Numbered from the stretch's first letter, positions 7,680-17,908 are shown. The stretch is 32,000 bases of DNA from Idiomarina loihiensis L2TR (GCF_000008465.1 NC_006512.1:1380001-1412000), one strand, 5' to 3'. Program-made: numbers and translations. Notes: generated by a model not told the origin, from the sequence alone.

Positions 7680-8591
7680 TTAAAACTGCTGCTGTGCAAG
7701 ATGCGGAAGCTTTTCAGCGAGGAAATCGATAAGGACACGCACTGCCGGCAATATTCCGCGTCGGTGCGAGTACGTTATATGCATAATTCCGATGGGTAGA
7801 TGCCAGTCGGTTAAAACGGGGACGAGTTCCCCGCTATTCACTGCATCGTTACAGAGGTAATTTGGCAAAGCGACAATACCAAGTTTTTTTATTGCAGCTT
7901 CTCGTAAGACAATCATGTCGTCGGTGATAAGCCGGGGTTTTATTCTGATGTTTTTTTGCAGCCCTGAACTATGGATCAATTCATAACCATATCGTCCGTT
8001 GGTGTAATGCATACTCAAATGTTCGAACGTTAATAAGTCCTCAGGCTCAGTTATTGAGTTCTGATTTATTAAATCGGGAGCGATATAAAGGGTTTGAGGA
8101 GCCTGACTTATGGGTCTGGCTATTAAACTTGAGTCTTCTATATTTTTTCGTACGCGCAAAGCAATGTCGATGCCCTCTTCTATTAAGTTAACTGGCCGGT
8201 TTGTCACAACAAGCTGAATTTCAACTTCCGGATACAAGCTCATAAATTCAGGTAACACCTGGACTAACAAGCTTTGACTTAAAGCATAGGGCGCGCTTAT
8301 TTCAACTTTCCCCCGGGGTTTATCCAGTAAACGTTGTGTCACTTGCTGAGCCGATTCAGCCGCGCTGACAAGTCGCTCGCAGTGCACCAGAAACTCACGT
8401 CCAACGTCGGTTAGTTTAAGTCCTGATCGGCTTCTGTGAAACAGCCGGGTGCCCTGCTCTTGTTCAAGTAAAGCCATTTTTCGGCTTATGGTGGATTTGG
8501 GCAAACCGAGCTCCCGTGAGGCTGCGCTGATACTGCCGCAGGCCATAACCTGAGCGAATAGGTAGTAGTTTGTGACATCAGGAAAGGACAT
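7680..8591 (-). CDS. LysR-family transcriptional regulator
   Basis: The 303-aa product has an N-terminal wHTH (FAQVMACGSISAASRELGLPKSTISRKMALLEQEQGTRLFHR) and a LysR substrate-binding domain. An SD (AGAGG) lies upstream, and the gene is divergent from azoR. Confidence 0.9.
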   Translation of the reverse strand: MSFPDVTNYYLFAQVMACGSISAASRELGLPKSTISRKMALLEQEQGTRLFHRSRSGLKLTDVGREFLVHCERLVSAAESAQQVTQRLLDKPRGKVEISAPYALSQSLLVQVLPEFMSLYPEVEIQLVVTNRPVNLIEEGIDIALRVRKNIEDSSLIARPISQAPQTLYIAPDLINQNSITEPEDLLTFEHLSMHYTNGRYGYELIHSSGLQKNIRIKPRLITDDMIVLREAAIKKLGIVALPNYLCNDAVNSGELVPVLTDWHLPIGIMHITYSHRRGILPAVRVLIDFLAEKLPHLAQQQF

Positions 8592-8607
8592 TGAGAAAAC
8601 CTCTTTG

Positions 8608-8623
8608 GTTCCGAATTTGGAAC
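8608..8623. promoter_or_regulatory. LTTR-type T-N11-A palindrome in the lysR/azoR divergent region
   Basis: GTTCC-g-AATT-t-GGAAC is a 16-bp near-perfect palindrome containing T-N11-A. The 9-mer TTGGAACGA occurs at 8617-8625 and again at 8657-8665, 40 bp apart. Confidence 0.4.
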
Positions 8624-8705
8624 GATAGTTTCCATTTTAACCACTTATTAGATTAATTGGAACGAATTATACTCCTTGCATCAATTAAAAAACCAAGAGG
8701 TTTCT

Positions 8706-9266
8706 ATGAAAGTTTTACATTTGGATTCAGGTATCTTTTTAGAACAATCTGTTAGCCGTCAGGTTAGTCAGAACATTGTTAATAAACTTAAAGAAAAACA
8801 AGACATTACCCTTTTTCACCGAGACTTGGTTGCAAACCCTGTTCCTCACCTGGCAGCTGATGAGTTATTAGCTGAAGAGAAGCCTTTGATTGATGAGCTG
8901 GTTCAAGAACTGCTCGATGCAGATACGCTTGTCATTGGTGCACCAATGTATAACTTCACTATTCCGACTCAGCTAAAAGCTTGGTTTGACCGTGTATTGC
9001 AAGCTGGTGTCACTTTTAAATATACAGAACAAGGCCCTCAAGGCTTGGTAAATGGCAAAAAAGTTTATATCGCGTCTGGTCGGGGTGGCATCTATTCTCA
9101 AGGTGAAGCCCAGGCTATGGATCATCAGGAAAGCTACTTAAAACAGGTACTTGCTTTTATCGGTATTACCGACGTGACCATCATCCGCGCCGAGGGCATG
9201 AACATGGGTGATGAACCACGCCAACAAGGCTTCAAAGAAGCTGAACAGGAAATTGAAACAATATAA
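8706..9266 (+). CDS. azoR: FMN-dependent NADH-azoreductase
   Basis: The start was moved from the track's TTG (8676) to the ATG at 8706, which is preceded by SD AAGAGG. The product MKVLHLDSGIF...GAPMYNFTIPTQLKAWFDRV matches the AzoR/flavodoxin-like fold family. Confidence 0.85.
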   Translation: MKVLHLDSGIFLEQSVSRQVSQNIVNKLKEKQDITLFHRDLVANPVPHLAADELLAEEKPLIDELVQELLDADTLVIGAPMYNFTIPTQLKAWFDRVLQAGVTFKYTEQGPQGLVNGKKVYIASGRGGIYSQGEAQAMDHQESYLKQVLAFIGITDVTIIRAEGMNMGDEPRQQGFKEAEQEIETI

Positions 9267-9273
9267 CTTTTTA

Positions 9274-9310
9274 AAAGCGCACCTTATTCATCATCACGGT
9301 GCGCTTTAAT
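9274..9310 (+). terminator. Hairpin terminator after azoR, overlapping the 3' end of the convergent CPXCG gene
   Basis: 10-bp stem aaagcgcacc/ggtgcgcttt with a 14-nt loop, followed by TTTAATTT. Confidence 0.5.
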
Positions 9311-9475
9311 TTGCACATCATCCCCTAGTTGCAGAATTTCGATCTCTATTGGCTGACAACAGATCTGACAATCGACAATCTGATGTTGGCCAATATCATT
9401 TATCCAATCAATTTCAATGTCATTTATTGCCATACAATAAGGACATTCGAATGTTTTCGGATCCGTTAAGCTCAT
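9284..9475 (-). CDS. CPXCG-motif cysteine-rich zinc-ribbon protein
   Basis: The 63-aa product carries CPYC ... CQICCQP cysteine pairs, the hallmark of the Cys_rich_CPXG small-protein family. Confidence 0.75.
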   Translation of the reverse strand: MSLTDPKTFECPYCMAINDIEIDWINDIGQHQIVDCQICCQPIEIEILQLGDDVQIKAHRDDE

Positions 9476-9577
9476 ACAAGCCCCTTAATTGTCTCTGTAA
9501 TCTACAATAGTAATCGAATCTGACGAAGTTTGCGTAACATTCAGACAACTTCCTTTTAACAAAATAGCTGAGTACGA

Positions 9578-10657
9578 ATGATGGCATCATGGTTCAGGCA
9601 GTCTGTTTTCTTAATTCCGTTAGTCTTTATCTCTGCAGTAATTAGCGATCAAGCCCGTGCTCAGACGCCGGTCGAGTACGTTGAAGCTAAAAAGCAGCCG
9701 ATAATTAATAGCGTTGACTTACCGACCACCCTATCCGCTTTGAATAACTCTCAACTCAGTTTTGCTGTCGAAGGAAAGTTATTGAGCCTGAACAAGGATA
9801 TAGGTGACAGAGTGAGCAAAGGAGATTTGCTTGCACGGTTAGACGCGCGTCAAATTAATTCGACTATAGAATCTTTACAGGCTCAGGTCGACAGCGCTAA
9901 AGCCAGTCTTGCCGACGAAAAACAGCAGCTAAGTGAACTGGAAGAGTTAGCTGAAACCGATTTTGTTCCCACTAGCGATTTAAGGCGCTCACGTACCCGG
10001 GTTCAGGTTGCACAGGCACAGCTTGCAGAAACAAAAGCATTGCTAAACGAAACCGAAGTTAATCAAAATTATCATCAACTTACAGCACCTTTCGACGGCG
10101 TTATTGCTAGTCGCACTGCGGATTTAGGCGAATGGCTAAGTGCCGATCAGATCGTTTTTCAGTTGGTCGGCAGTGACAATCAGCATGCTGATGTGTTTCT
10201 TTCGCAGTCTTACTATTCCTCTATAAACTCTGATACTCAAGCATCGCTTAGCTACAAAGATACAACTATTGATGCTCGTTTAAGTCGCATAGTGCCTTTT
10301 GTGGATGGAAATGATCGTTCTTTTCAGGTTCGCCTGACTGGGGATTACCCTGATAACTGGATTGTTGGCATTCCATTAGAAGCCTCATTTGAGATAGACA
10401 CCGGACGGGTTCAGGCCTCTGTGCCTCAGGATGCGGTTGTTCGTTACAGTGATGGCAGAACCTCTGTCTGGATAGCGGTGAACGAAAATGGTGAATGGCA
10501 AGCTAAGGAACTGTCAGTTGAGCTCGGCTTACGCTTTAATGGCTATGTCGAGGTGGAAAGCGGTGTAAGTGAAGGCGAGAGAGTCATAGTACGCGGTAAT
10601 GAAGCTCTAACTGATGGTCAGGCGCTAAAGCTTACGGAGTCTGCTGACTATGATTGA
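9578..10657 (+). CDS. RND efflux periplasmic adaptor (membrane fusion protein)
   Basis: The 359-aa product has a signal/anchor, a coiled-coil hairpin (QAQVDSAKASLADEKQQL...QVAQAQLAETKALL), the lipoyl-like motif LTAPFDGVIA, and a beta-barrel C-terminus. It overlaps the pump gene by 8 nt. Confidence 0.9.
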   Translation: MMASWFRQSVFLIPLVFISAVISDQARAQTPVEYVEAKKQPIINSVDLPTTLSALNNSQLSFAVEGKLLSLNKDIGDRVSKGDLLARLDARQINSTIESLQAQVDSAKASLADEKQQLSELEELAETDFVPTSDLRRSRTRVQVAQAQLAETKALLNETEVNQNYHQLTAPFDGVIASRTADLGEWLSADQIVFQLVGSDNQHADVFLSQSYYSSINSDTQASLSYKDTTIDARLSRIVPFVDGNDRSFQVRLTGDYPDNWIVGIPLEASFEIDTGRVQASVPQDAVVRYSDGRTSVWIAVNENGEWQAKELSVELGLRFNGYVEVESGVSEGERVIVRGNEALTDGQALKLTESADYD

Positions 10658-13600
10658 AGCCGTAATAAAGCATAAACATGTCACCATCGTCGCCATTTTA
10701 ATACTTTGTTTATTGGGAATAACGGCAGCATTGCGTATTCCGGTACAAATGATCCCTGACTTAGAAGTCAGAACGATTTCTGTACAGACTCAATGGCCGG
10801 GTGCCACACCGCAGGATATCGAAAAAGAGATACTAATTGAACAGGAAGAGTTTCTTCGCACTGTTCCCAACTTGCAACGTATGGAAAGCAGTGCCAGTAA
10901 TGGCGAAGCAAGCATAGAACTGGACTTTCCTTTCGGGGTTGATGTTACCGAAACATTAATTCTGGTTAACAATGCGTTAAGTCAGGTTCCGGATTACCCC
11001 GAGAACGTCGATGAGCCTCGTATTTTCTCGGCTTCCTTCTCAAGTAATGCGTTTATGTACTTTCGGGTAGCTCCAATTGAGGATAATCCTAAAAACATCA
11101 ACATGATCATGATGCGCGATTACATAGAAGACAACGTTCGTCCAAGAATGTCTTCGGTCGCGGGCGTATCACAAGTGAATGTCAGTGGCGGTGCTCAAAG
11201 ACAAGTTCGTATTCTGATGGATAAAGATGCACTGATTCAGTACAACGTATCGGTTGCTGACGTAAGAACATCAATAAGCGGCCGTAACAGAGATACCTCA
11301 GCCGGAGAGCTTGAACAAGGAAAACGCCGTTTCCTGCTGCGCACGGTGGGTCGTTTTGATTCGCTTGAAGAAATAGAAAACACCATTATCCGCAGAACCG
11401 GTGACAGTCTGGTTAGATTAAAAGATGTTGCTGATATCGACTTTAATCACTTTGAGCTGAACAGTGAGTCCTGGTTTAAAGGCCAGCAGGTACTGAGCCT
11501 TCAGGTTCAGCGTGAGCTGGGCTCTAATGTCATTGATATAAAATACGCGATGCTGGACGAAGTTGAGCGCATTAACGAAGAATTGCTGCGCCCGGCCGGT
11601 ATGGAAATTACGCTAAATTCCGATGATGTTCGCTATGTCGAAAGTTCAGTTCAGAATGTACTGGTGAACTTACTGTTAGGCGCCCTGTTCGCAACTCTGG
11701 TTATGTATGGTTTGATGCGTTCAGGCCGCGCGACGTTAATTGCGGTTATCGGTATTCCAATTTGTACTCTGGCTGGTTTTCTGGGGCTGTTGCTACTGGA
11801 CAGAACCATCAACGTCATTTCATTAGCTGGCATAGCATTTGCCATTGGTATGACTTTGGACAACACCATTGTGGTGTTAGAAAGTATTGAGCTTGAACGA
11901 CGTAAAGGACTGAACCCTAAAGATGCGGCAATTGAAGGTGTGAAACGAGTCTGGACCGCGGTGCTCACCTCTACCCTGACCACCGTCATGGTCTTCCTGC
12001 CAATTCTCTTTATTGTTCAGGAAGCCGGACAATTGTACTCCGATATTGCGATTGCCATTTCGGCGTCCATTATTGCTTCGATGTTTGTTTCTGTGACCTT
12101 AGTGCCTTTACTTGCAGCTTATATTCCTGCGCAGGCAAAAACCAAAGTAACAGACAAACTGACCAACCGAATTGAAGTAATCAGTAGTCGGCTTTTACGT
12201 TCCAAAAAGTCAAAACTCAGTACTGTAGGAGTGACTTTTGTTGCTGTGGTGGCAATTTGGTGGCTTTTGATGCCCCCCGCGGAATATTTGCCTGAAGGGG
12301 AAGAAGCTAAAACTTTTGCCACTATGAGCGCCCCACCCGGCTATAGCTTGCAAACCATGTCTTCTATTGGGGATGAAATACGTGATATTTTCGATCCGGC
12401 ATTAACCACGGAAAATACTGAGGTTACCCGTGCAGGGGTCACTATTCCCGCACTTAAAACGATGAGTTTGAGTGTTGCCCCTTCGAATATCCGCATTATT
12501 GCTGAAACCCGCGATACAAGCCGGATTGATGAGCTAATGGAAGTTATTACTCAAGTTTACGAGCGCTACCCCGGCATGCGGGCCTTTGCAGCTAAAGGCT
12601 CTATTATAAGCAGTAACGATGGTGGTACCCGCAGTATCAATGTCGATGTTGGTGGACAAGAGCTCAACGAAGTTTATGCGGCCGCACGAGCCATTTATGA
12701 TCGCTCGCAAGAGGTTTTCGATGACCCCAGAATTCAATCTACACCGAACTCTCTTACTCTGGCCCAGCCTTTATTAGAGGTGCGTCCTGACTGGGAACGG
12801 ATGAGTGAATTAGGTCTGGATGCGGACAGTTTTGGTTATGCTGTTTCTGCATTAACTGACGGCGCCTTTGTCGGTGAGTATTTTCAGGGTGACGATAAAA
12901 TTGATATGTACCTGTATAGCAATAAAGGCACAGAAGTGACACCGGAGATGCTGGATGACTTGCCACTACTTAATGTCAACGGTCGGCCTGTGGTACTGAA
13001 TGCTATAAGCGATGTACGCGAGATTGTTGATACCAGTACCGTGCGCCGGGTCGATAGTCGCCGTACAGTAACCTTAAACATTATACCTCCGGAGTCAGTT
13101 GCACTTGAATCTGGAGTTGAAATAGTTCGTTCAGACGTCTTGCAGCACTTACGGAAGCAAGGTGTCATAGCTGCCGATATTTCAACCCAGTTATCTGGGG
13201 CCGCTGACCAGCTTGCAGAAACCCAGGCGGCCTTAAGTGAAAACTATGTTATTTCCATAGCCATTATTTACCTACTGATGGTCGCCATTTTTGCGCACTG
13301 GGGGTATCCGCTACTGATAATGGCAACCATACCCATGGGGATAAGTGCCGGGATAGCCGGGCTGGCTCTTATGAATGGTGTTGGCCAGCTTTTACCCGTT
13401 GTTGGGTTACAGCCACTGAGTCAGCCTTTTGACATGATTACCATGCTCGGCTTTCTCATTCTTATGGGAACCGTCATTAACAACCCTATTCTGGTCATTG
13501 AGCGGGCAATTTATCTTCGCGATAAAGAGAACTACTCACTTAAAGAGGCGGTTCAGGAAGGTTTGCTGTCGCGCGTCCGCCCGATAACCATTACCACCTT

Positions 13601-13775
13601 AACCACGCTATGCGGTATTGCGCCTCTGGTTTTTATACCCGGAGCCGGCACGGAATTGTACCGGGGCGTTGGTGCTATTGTGATGTTTGGTTTAATCGGC
13701 GCAGCATTAGTTACTGTGTTTACCTTGCCAGCTTTATCGGCGTTGGTACTTAAAGGGAGAAAGATCAATTCCTAG
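10650..13775 (+). CDS. RND efflux transporter permease (AcrB/HAE family)
   Basis: The 1041-aa product has the 12-TM architecture with two large periplasmic loops and conserved TM4 region GIAFAIGMTLDNTIVVLE. It is translationally coupled to the adaptor gene. Confidence 0.92.
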   Translation: MIEAVIKHKHVTIVAILILCLLGITAALRIPVQMIPDLEVRTISVQTQWPGATPQDIEKEILIEQEEFLRTVPNLQRMESSASNGEASIELDFPFGVDVTETLILVNNALSQVPDYPENVDEPRIFSASFSSNAFMYFRVAPIEDNPKNINMIMMRDYIEDNVRPRMSSVAGVSQVNVSGGAQRQVRILMDKDALIQYNVSVADVRTSISGRNRDTSAGELEQGKRRFLLRTVGRFDSLEEIENTIIRRTGDSLVRLKDVADIDFNHFELNSESWFKGQQVLSLQVQRELGSNVIDIKYAMLDEVERINEELLRPAGMEITLNSDDVRYVESSVQNVLVNLLLGALFATLVMYGLMRSGRATLIAVIGIPICTLAGFLGLLLLDRTINVISLAGIAFAIGMTLDNTIVVLESIELERRKGLNPKDAAIEGVKRVWTAVLTSTLTTVMVFLPILFIVQEAGQLYSDIAIAISASIIASMFVSVTLVPLLAAYIPAQAKTKVTDKLTNRIEVISSRLLRSKKSKLSTVGVTFVAVVAIWWLLMPPAEYLPEGEEAKTFATMSAPPGYSLQTMSSIGDEIRDIFDPALTTENTEVTRAGVTIPALKTMSLSVAPSNIRIIAETRDTSRIDELMEVITQVYERYPGMRAFAAKGSIISSNDGGTRSINVDVGGQELNEVYAAARAIYDRSQEVFDDPRIQSTPNSLTLAQPLLEVRPDWERMSELGLDADSFGYAVSALTDGAFVGEYFQGDDKIDMYLYSNKGTEVTPEMLDDLPLLNVNGRPVVLNAISDVREIVDTSTVRRVDSRRTVTLNIIPPESVALESGVEIVRSDVLQHLRKQGVIAADISTQLSGAADQLAETQAALSENYVISIAIIYLLMVAIFAHWGYPLLIMATIPMGISAGIAGLALMNGVGQLLPVVGLQPLSQPFDMITMLGFLILMGTVINNPILVIERAIYLRDKENYSLKEAVQEGLLSRVRPITITTLTTLCGIAPLVFIPGAGTELYRGVGAIVMFGLIGAALVTVFTLPALSALVLKGRKINS

Positions 13776-13808
13776 AAAAATAAACATTATTAAGCTACTT
13801 TTCTGCTG

Positions 13809-13833
13809 TAAAGATTTTGTAAACTGCCGATAG
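13809..13833 (+). promoter_or_regulatory. Sigma-28 (FliA)-like promoter upstream of the chemoreceptor gene
   Basis: TAAAG-N12-GCCGATAG gives a 7/8 match to the GCCGATAA -10 element, about 42 nt upstream of the ATG. The TAAA-to-GCCGATA spacer is 13 nt, against 15 in the canonical form. Confidence 0.35.
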
Positions 13834-13874
13834 CCTATTACGAAAGCTTTCCGACGATTGAGTAAGGAATATTA

Positions 13875-15515
13875 ATGAAAATCGTACAGCAGTTAAGTAT
13901 CACACAGAGACTTATATCATTATTGGGTATCGCCGCTCTGGGGACTGCCCTGATGGTAGCCTTTATGATGTTCTTACTGAATAACCTGTTGGTCAAGGAA
14001 GAGAAACGTAAGCTCGATTCCGTTCTTGATACTGCTCACAGTGTGGTCAGTCATTACCACCAGCAATACCTAAACGGTAATTTGACTGAGGAAGAAGCAA
14101 AAACTAAAGCTTATACCAGTCTCGACGAGATTAGATACGAAGGCAGCGAATACATTTTCACACTGAATCGTGATGGAATTCTGGTTCAGCATCCTTTTAC
14201 TAAACAATTAGTTGGTAAGGATGTAATGAGCTATGAGGATCCTGAAGGAACACGTCTTTTCCAGGAAATGGTTCGCAAAGCACGTTCGGCCAACGAAGCT
14301 ACAGTAGAATACGTTTGGCAAAAAGGCAGTGATGCCAATAACCTCGTCGCGAAAGTCAGCCGGATACGAGTTTTTGAACCATGGAATATTATCCTTGGTA
14401 CAGGACAGTACAGCGACAACATTACCGCTATTCTATGGCAGGAGTTTTTTAAATTAGCTGGTTTAGCCGTTGTTTTATCCGTGCCCCTGCTTTTGTTATT
14501 TGTTGTCATCATACGCAGTATCACCAGCCCTTTAAAAACCATTAATAGTGCTATGTTCGACATCGCCGAAGGCGAAGGCGATTTGACTAGACGACTGAAT
14601 GAATCGGGTTCTGATGAGCTTGCCCGACTAGCAAAATCATTCAACACCTTTGTTCATAAAATTCAGCAACTTGTTCAAAGTGTGCAGGAAAGTGCCAAAA
14701 ATGAGAGCGAAGCTGCAAGTCAACTGACTGAGTTATCGGGTACCAGCAGCCGTCAAAGTGATGAACTTAGCTCGCAAACAAGTTCTGTTGCGACAGCCAT
14801 CACCGAACTGTCGTCCTCCGCTGCAGAAGTTGCTGATCACGCTCGTCAGGCTGCCGACTCGGCTAATACGGCAGACGAAGAAGCTGGGCGCTCAGCTATT
14901 ATCGTACGAGAATCCGTTAATAATATTGAAGCACTAACCTCTGAGCTGGGTAAAGCAGGCGAAAAAGCCCGCTTACTGCAAGACGGCTCTGACAAAATAG
15001 GAAACATACTCGGCGTCATTGTTGCTATAGCAGAACAAACCAACTTACTGGCGTTAAATGCGGCTATTGAGGCTGCTCGCGCTGGCGATGCCGGACGAGG
15101 GTTTGCGGTCGTTGCCGATGAAGTTCGAACGCTGGCAACCAAAACTCAACATTCAACGGATGAAATTTCTTCAATTGTGGAAAGTATCCAGGGTGCGATT
15201 AAAGATGTGAGCCAGATCATCAGCGATGTTGAACGTCGCTCGTCCTCTACAAACGAGGAGGCTCTGAAAGCCGAGCAAGCGATAAGTCAGATTCAGGAAG
15301 CCGTTGCGAATATATCGAGCATGAATATACAAATTGCTTCTGCGACCGACGAGCAGAGTCGGGTAACTAAAGATCTGAACGAGAATATCACTGGCATTTC
15401 CGACCTTTCTCAAGCCAATCAGGACGCTAATACACGCGTTGCTGAAGTCAGTCGGGATTTGAGTAAAAACAGTATTGATTTGAGTCAACTTGTCAGTCGG
15501 TTTAAGACAAAATAA
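13875..15515 (+). CDS. Methyl-accepting chemotaxis protein with periplasmic single-Cache domain
   Basis: The 546-aa product has TM1, a Cache-like sensor ([21 protein letters not shown]), TM2, HAMP, and the MA signalling domain with the conserved hairpin [42 protein letters not shown] lies upstream. Confidence 0.92.
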   Translation: MKIVQQLSITQRLISLLGIAALGTALMVAFMMFLLNNLLVKEEKRKLDSVLDTAHSVVSHYHQQYLNGNLTEEEAKTKAYTSLDEIRYEGSEYIFTLNRDGILVQHPFTKQLVGKDVMSYEDPEGTRLFQEMVRKARSANEATVEYVWQKGSDANNLVAKVSRIRVFEPWNIILGTGQYSDNITAILWQEFFKLAGLAVVLSVPLLLLFVVIIRSITSPLKTINSAMFDIAEGEGDLTRRLNESGSDELARLAKSFNTFVHKIQQLVQSVQESAKNESEAASQLTELSGTSSRQSDELSSQTSSVATAITELSSSAAEVADHARQAADSANTADEEAGRSAIIVRESVNNIEALTSELGKAGEKARLLQDGSDKIGNILGVIVAIAEQTNLLALNAAIEAARAGDAGRGFAVVADEVRTLATKTQHSTDEISSIVESIQGAIKDVSQIISDVERRSSSTNEEALKAEQAISQIQEAVANISSMNIQIASATDEQSRVTKDLNENITGISDLSQANQDANTRVAEVSRDLSKNSIDLSQLVSRFKTK

Positions 15516-15525
15516 CCTTAAAAAT

Positions 15526-15558
15526 ACAGGGGATACTGGTAATCTCCCCTGTACCTTT
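15526..15558 (+). terminator. Intrinsic terminator after the MCP gene
   Basis: 8-bp stem acagggga/tcccctgt with an 11-nt loop and a short, weak T tract (accttt). Confidence 0.5.
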
Positions 15559-15657
15559 CAACTCACAAGACGTAAAATAAATGCACTTTTACATGGATTG
15601 TGTCTGTCTGGTAAAAGTCACCTTTTTCCTGATCTTACATCACTGCGGATTTAAAAG

Positions 15658-17094
15658 ATGAGTCAAACAATTCCACAACAACCGATCGAATATAATATGA
15701 AAGTCGTCCGGCAGTTTACTGTCATGACGATTATTTGGGGTATCGTCGGTATGTCTGTAGGCGTATTGATAGCTGCCCAGCTTGTCTGGCCAGAGCTTAA
15801 CTTCAATACTCCCTGGCTAACCTACTCCCGTCTTCGCCCGCTACATACAAACGCTGTTATTTTCGCGTTTGGTACCAGCGCTCTTTTTGCCACTTCTTAC
15901 TATGTTGTTCAGAAAACGTGTAGAGTGAGCTTGTTCTCAGACAAGTTGGCAGCTTTCACTTTCTGGGGGTGGCAGGCCGTTATAGTGGCAGCAGTTATTA
16001 CTCTGCCTATGGGTCTTACCAGCACGAAAGAATACGCTGAGCTTGAGTGGCCTATCGACATTTTAATTACTGTCGTCTGGGTGGCTTACTTAATCGTCTT
16101 CTTCGGCACACTGGCTATTCGTAAAACATCGCACATTTATGTTGCTAATTGGTTCTACGGTGGTTTCATTATCGTTATCGCCATGCTGCATATTGTGAAT
16201 AGCTTCGCTTTACCAGTGTCGTTTATGAAGTCTTATTCAATCTATTCAGGTGCTGTCGATGCCATGGTTCAATGGTGGTACGGGCATAACGCGGTAGGTT
16301 TCCTGCTGACCGCTGGCTTCCTGGGTATGATGTATTACTTTGTACCGAAGCAAGCTGAGCGCCCTGTTTACTCTTACCGCTTGTCGGTTGTTCACTTCTG
16401 GGCACTTATTTCCTTATACATCTGGGCCGGACCTCACCATTTACACTATACCGCGTTACCAGACTGGACTCAGTCGGTCGGTATGGTCATGTCTGTTATC
16501 CTGTTCGTGCCTTCATGGGGCGGCATGATTAACGGTATCATGACATTATCTGGTGCATGGCATAAGCTACGAACCGACCCTATTTTGCGTTTCTTAATTG
16601 TTTCTCTGTCATTCTACGGCATGTCGACTTTCGAAGGCCCGATGATGGCAATCAAATCAGTGAACGCACTTTCTCACTATACTGACTGGACTGTGGGTCA
16701 CGTACACTCAGGTGCTTTAGGCTGGGTTGCTATGATCACTATCGGTTCCATGTACTACCTGGTACCTCGCCTGTTTAACCAGAAAGAAATTCACAGCATT
16801 AAGCTGGTGAACGTTCATTTCTGGCTGCACACTATTGGCGTTGTTTTCTACATCGTCTCAATGTGGATTTCAGGTGTGATGCAAGGTCTTATGTGGCGTG
16901 CGACAAACTCTGACGGAACCTTAACTTACAGTTTCGTAGAGAGTGTTCAGGCATCATACCCATTCTGGACAGGCCGTTTTATCGGTGGTGTTTTCATTGT
17001 AATTGGTATGTTGCTGATGGCTTATAACTGTTATCAGACAATTCGTGCCGGCCGTCGTGAGACAGCTGCAGGCAACGTCGTACAAACTGCCTGA
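15658..17094 (+). CDS. ccoN: cbb3-type cytochrome c oxidase subunit I
   Basis: The 478-aa polytopic heme-copper oxidase subunit carries a conserved His pattern ([35 protein letters not shown]) and is first in the ccoNOQP order. Confidence 0.95.
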   Translation: MSQTIPQQPIEYNMKVVRQFTVMTIIWGIVGMSVGVLIAAQLVWPELNFNTPWLTYSRLRPLHTNAVIFAFGTSALFATSYYVVQKTCRVSLFSDKLAAFTFWGWQAVIVAAVITLPMGLTSTKEYAELEWPIDILITVVWVAYLIVFFGTLAIRKTSHIYVANWFYGGFIIVIAMLHIVNSFALPVSFMKSYSIYSGAVDAMVQWWYGHNAVGFLLTAGFLGMMYYFVPKQAERPVYSYRLSVVHFWALISLYIWAGPHHLHYTALPDWTQSVGMVMSVILFVPSWGGMINGIMTLSGAWHKLRTDPILRFLIVSLSFYGMSTFEGPMMAIKSVNALSHYTDWTVGHVHSGALGWVAMITIGSMYYLVPRLFNQKEIHSIKLVNVHFWLHTIGVVFYIVSMWISGVMQGLMWRATNSDGTLTYSFVESVQASYPFWTGRFIGGVFIVIGMLLMAYNCYQTIRAGRRETAAGNVVQTA

Positions 17095-17105
17095 GGGAGA
17101 GAATA

Positions 17106-17726
17106 ATGAGTCGTTTTAAACACGAATTTGTTGAAAAGAACTTAGGTTGGTTGTCAATTTTAATGATCATTGCGGTTTCAATCGGTGGGTTAGTAGAAAT
17201 TACTCCCCTACTGTTTCAAAACCAGACCAATGAACCCATAAAAGGTTTGCAGCCATACACCGCGTTAGAGCTTGAAGGTCGCGATATTTATATGCGCGAA
17301 GGTTGTAACAACTGCCACAGCCAGATGATTCGTCCTTTCCGTGCAGAAACGGAGCGTTACGGACACTATTCATTAGCTGGTGAGCACGTTTGGGAATTCC
17401 CTCACCTTTGGGGTTCTAAACGTACAGGTCCTGATCTGGCTCGTGTGGGTGACCGTTACAGCGATGAATGGCATCACGTTCATTTAATGAACCCTCGTAA
17501 TGTGGTTCCTGAATCTAATATGCCAGCGTTCCCTTGGCTTGCAGAAAACAAGCTAACGGGTGAATACACAGCTAAGAAGATGGAAGTTATGCGGACATTG
17601 GGCGTTCCTTACGAAGACAAGGACATCGCCGGTGCAAAAGAAGCCGTTCAGGGTAAGACTGAAATGGAGGCGCTTATCGCTTACTTACAATCTCTTGGCA
17701 CAACGCTACAGCAGGCTGATAAGTAA
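17106..17726 (+). CDS. ccoO: cbb3-type cytochrome c oxidase subunit II (monoheme)
   Basis: The 206-aa product has an N-terminal TM and the heme c motif CNNCHS. Confidence 0.95.
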   Translation: MSRFKHEFVEKNLGWLSILMIIAVSIGGLVEITPLLFQNQTNEPIKGLQPYTALELEGRDIYMREGCNNCHSQMIRPFRAETERYGHYSLAGEHVWEFPHLWGSKRTGPDLARVGDRYSDEWHHVHLMNPRNVVPESNMPAFPWLAENKLTGEYTAKKMEVMRTLGVPYEDKDIAGAKEAVQGKTEMEALIAYLQSLGTTLQQADK

Positions 17727-17908
17727 TGGATTACGGAACTTGGCGCGGCGTGTTCAGCCTGATCATACTGGCAATTTTCATTGCCATCGTGGCCTGGGCG
17801 TTCAGTCGCCGTACAAAAAAACAATTTGATGATGCGGCTAATTCTATATTTGAGGACGAATCATCAATAGATAACAGCGACAAACCGGAGTCGAAGAAAG
17901 ATGAGTAG
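17726..17908 (+). CDS. ccoQ: cbb3-type cytochrome c oxidase subunit CcoQ
   Basis: The 60-aa single-TM peptide has a TAATG overlap with the ccoO stop and occupies the canonical position between ccoO and ccoP. Confidence 0.85.
   Translation: MDYGTWRGVFSLIILAIFIAIVAWAFSRRTKKQFDDAANSIFEDESSIDNSDKPESKKDE

Noticed and set aside
8676-8705. N-terminal extensions suggested by the ORF track: azoR TTG at 8676, ttcA ATG at 23648, bax-like gene start at 25543
   Set aside because: In each case a downstream ATG has a proper SD at 5-8 nt and gives an N-terminus matching known homologues or a signal anchor. The extended forms overlap upstream genes or add non-conserved residues.
10790-13768. Several 60-112 aa antisense ORFs within the RND pump gene
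   Set aside because: They are embedded in a full-length conserved transporter gene. They have no SD and no recognisable motifs, so they are best explained by chance open frames.
14231-15488. Three long antisense ORFs (138, 98 and 105 aa) inside the chemoreceptor gene
   Set aside because: They lie entirely within, and opposite to, a confidently identified MCP coding region. Their translations are low-complexity Ala/Ser/Arg-rich mirror images with no start context, which is typical of antisense frames of MA domains.
15630-15642. FNR/Anr-like box TGAT-cttac-ATCA upstream of ccoN
   Set aside because: The half-sites are separated by 5 nt rather than the 4 nt of TTGAT-N4-ATCAA, and the flanking T and A are missing. 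The site also lies only about 15-28 nt from the start codon, too close for a -41.5 activator position.
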